The position numbers were made by a program, and so were the translations under genes. A stretch of 17,651 nucleotides of DNA from Candidatus Spyradenecus sp. GTDB lineage: Bacteria > Verrucomicrobiota > Verrucomicrobiia > Opitutales > UBA953. Under the pieces are notes generated by a model. The model saw only the letters and a program-made list of their open reading frames with translations. It had not been told where the DNA came from and ran no database searches. This document shows positions 16,592 through 17,651 of this stretch, in pieces; positions within the stretch are counted from its first letter, which is position 1; each line of letters begins with the position of its first letter. Where the stretch lies: the NCBI GenBank assembly GCA_045535075.1, contig JAZSKX010000003.1:1-17651 (forward strand), written 5' to 3'.

Positions 16592-17008
16592 TTAAAGTTT
16601 TTTCCCGCAAAAAGAGCAAAACGCTCCGCCCTTCGAGGGTTTCCCGCAATGAGGGCAAAAACCGTTGTCCGGCGCGGCAGTATCCGCTCCCGCAGAAGCC
16701 GTACCAACCGCTTGAATGTTTTCTCCGTAACGATTGTAAATCCTCTTATTCGCATTCGACGAATTCGTCGTCGGATCGTTTAAGACAACATCCGCAACGC
16801 CGGTTTCCCGCGGCCAGCACGCCCAAACCATGGCAACCACCCAGCCGACACCGAGAATGGACGAACCAAATACATTGACCACAAAAATGATCCATCTATA
16901 GTGATGTACCCGACAGAATGCGATAATTGTCGGCAAAAGGAATAAAAACAGTCCTGCGACACAGAGAAAAAGAACGAGAATTAATCCGATTATTTCATCT
17001 TCAGTCAT
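16592..17008 (-). CDS. Superinfection immunity (T4 Imm-like) domain protein fused to a C-terminal zinc ribbon
   Basis: FLLPTIIAF.R.H.Y.W.IF.VNVF.....GWVVAMVWA fits the Imm_superinfect pattern (YFLPTIIA..R.H....I..LN..LGWT.IGWV.AL.WA). C-terminal FCPHCGK..KGGAFCSFCGKKL. Confidence 0.78.
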   Translation of the reverse strand: MTEDEIIGLILVLFLCVAGLFLFLLPTIIAFCRVHHYRWIIFVVNVFGSSILGVGWVVAMVWACWPRETGVADVVLNDPTTNSSNANKRIYNRYGENIQAVGTASAGADTAAPDNGFCPHCGKPSKGGAFCSFCGKKL

Positions 17009-17072
17009 AGAAAAAAAAGAGAAGTTAGAGAAAAACCAAAGGCGAAAGTCGAGACTCTCACTTCAAAAGGTA

Positions 17073-17109
17073 AACCTCCTGTACGACAGTATTTTTCGCA
17101 CAGGAGGTT
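17073..17109 (-). terminator. Probable intrinsic terminator after the TM2 gene
   Basis: AACCTCCTGTACGA (17073-17086) and TCGCACAGGAGGTT (17096-17109) form a 14-bp stem. The one mismatch is a G-U pair on the minus-strand RNA, which continues UACCUUUU. It lies 15 nt past the TM2 stop. Confidence 0.65.
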
Positions 17110-17123
17110 CACTATTTTAGTTC

Positions 17124-17345
17124 TTATTTAAACGGAACTCCTTTTCCATCGGCAGTAACAACAATAATGTCGATTAGTGCCCAAATTCCGGTAATAAATG
17201 CTCCGAATCCGGTAAAGCATATCAATAATTGCGCAACCGCAATTCCTGTGCGTCCTGCATAGAAATTATGAACTCCCAAGGCTCCCAAAAAAAGGCCAAG
17301 AAGAATATACGTCATGCGACTTTTAGACTGTACTGTATTTTCCAT
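17124..17345 (-). CDS. TM2 domain-containing small membrane protein
   Basis: KSRMTYILLGLFLGALGVHNFYAG...IWALIDII matches the TM2 signature (KS...A.LL..FLG.FG.HRFY.G). Confidence 0.85.
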   Translation of the reverse strand: MENTVQSKSRMTYILLGLFLGALGVHNFYAGRTGIAVAQLLICFTGFGAFITGIWALIDIIVVTADGKGVPFK

Positions 17346-17376
17346 AAGTAATTGGTTTATTCTATTTTGTTAATGA

Positions 17377-17493
17377 TTAGTAAATTTTGGTGATTTCGAC
17401 GTAGAGTTGACTTCCACGAACTTCCATTTTCACTTTGGCTCGTTCGGTTTCTCTGTACATATTGTTTTTGAGAATGATTTCATTTCTGTGCAT
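17377..17493 (-). other. Possible small ORF or gene remnant (38 aa)
   Basis: Manual translation gives MHRNEIILKNNMYRETERAKVKMEVRGSQLYVEITKIY*. The stop is 31 nt upstream of the TM2 start. No family recognised. Confidence 0.3.
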
Positions 17494-17651
17494 CCTTTCT
17501 ATTGTGTTTCCTTACTCATAGTTTTTGTGAGTTTAATTTTGTTTGTTGTAGGTTGAGAAAAAATGAAATACCCCGTTGCCGGGTTTAATGCCGGGCGACA
17601 GGGTCAATAAAATCAGGCAAATATAAACGCTTTACTTTTGTTGAGGCGGAT

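Noticed and set aside
15924..17651. Integron cassette array or prophage explanation for the small-gene cluster
   Set aside because: No integrase or phage structural genes are in the window, and I could not identify convincing attC sites. The hairpins fit ordinary terminators.

Overview
Bacterial chromosomal window, mostly housekeeping genes. The gene style suggests Verrucomicrobiota/Opitutales, but that is an inference only. Plus strand: 5'-truncated infB (IF2), mtaB and serA. Converging on these from the minus strand: waaG followed by two tandem MsbA-like ABC exporters. Next, on the plus strand: a cvrA/nhaP2 K+/H+ antiporter and an orphan OppA. Then, on the minus strand: prmA, purN, a NavAb-type voltage-gated channel, and an AT-richer cluster of small membrane proteins (zinc-ribbon protein, T4-Imm-like superinfection-immunity protein, TM2 protein). 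The most striking signal is not a gene. The non-palindromic motif (C)GTTCCCGC / GCGGGAAC(G) occurs 42 times by manual count, against fewer than 1 expected. It lies on both strands and in all six reading frames of coding sequence, is denser in intergenic DNA, and forms the stems of two terminators. This is the genomic signature of a DNA-uptake sequence, which I know only from Neisseriaceae and Pasteurellaceae, and those use different words.
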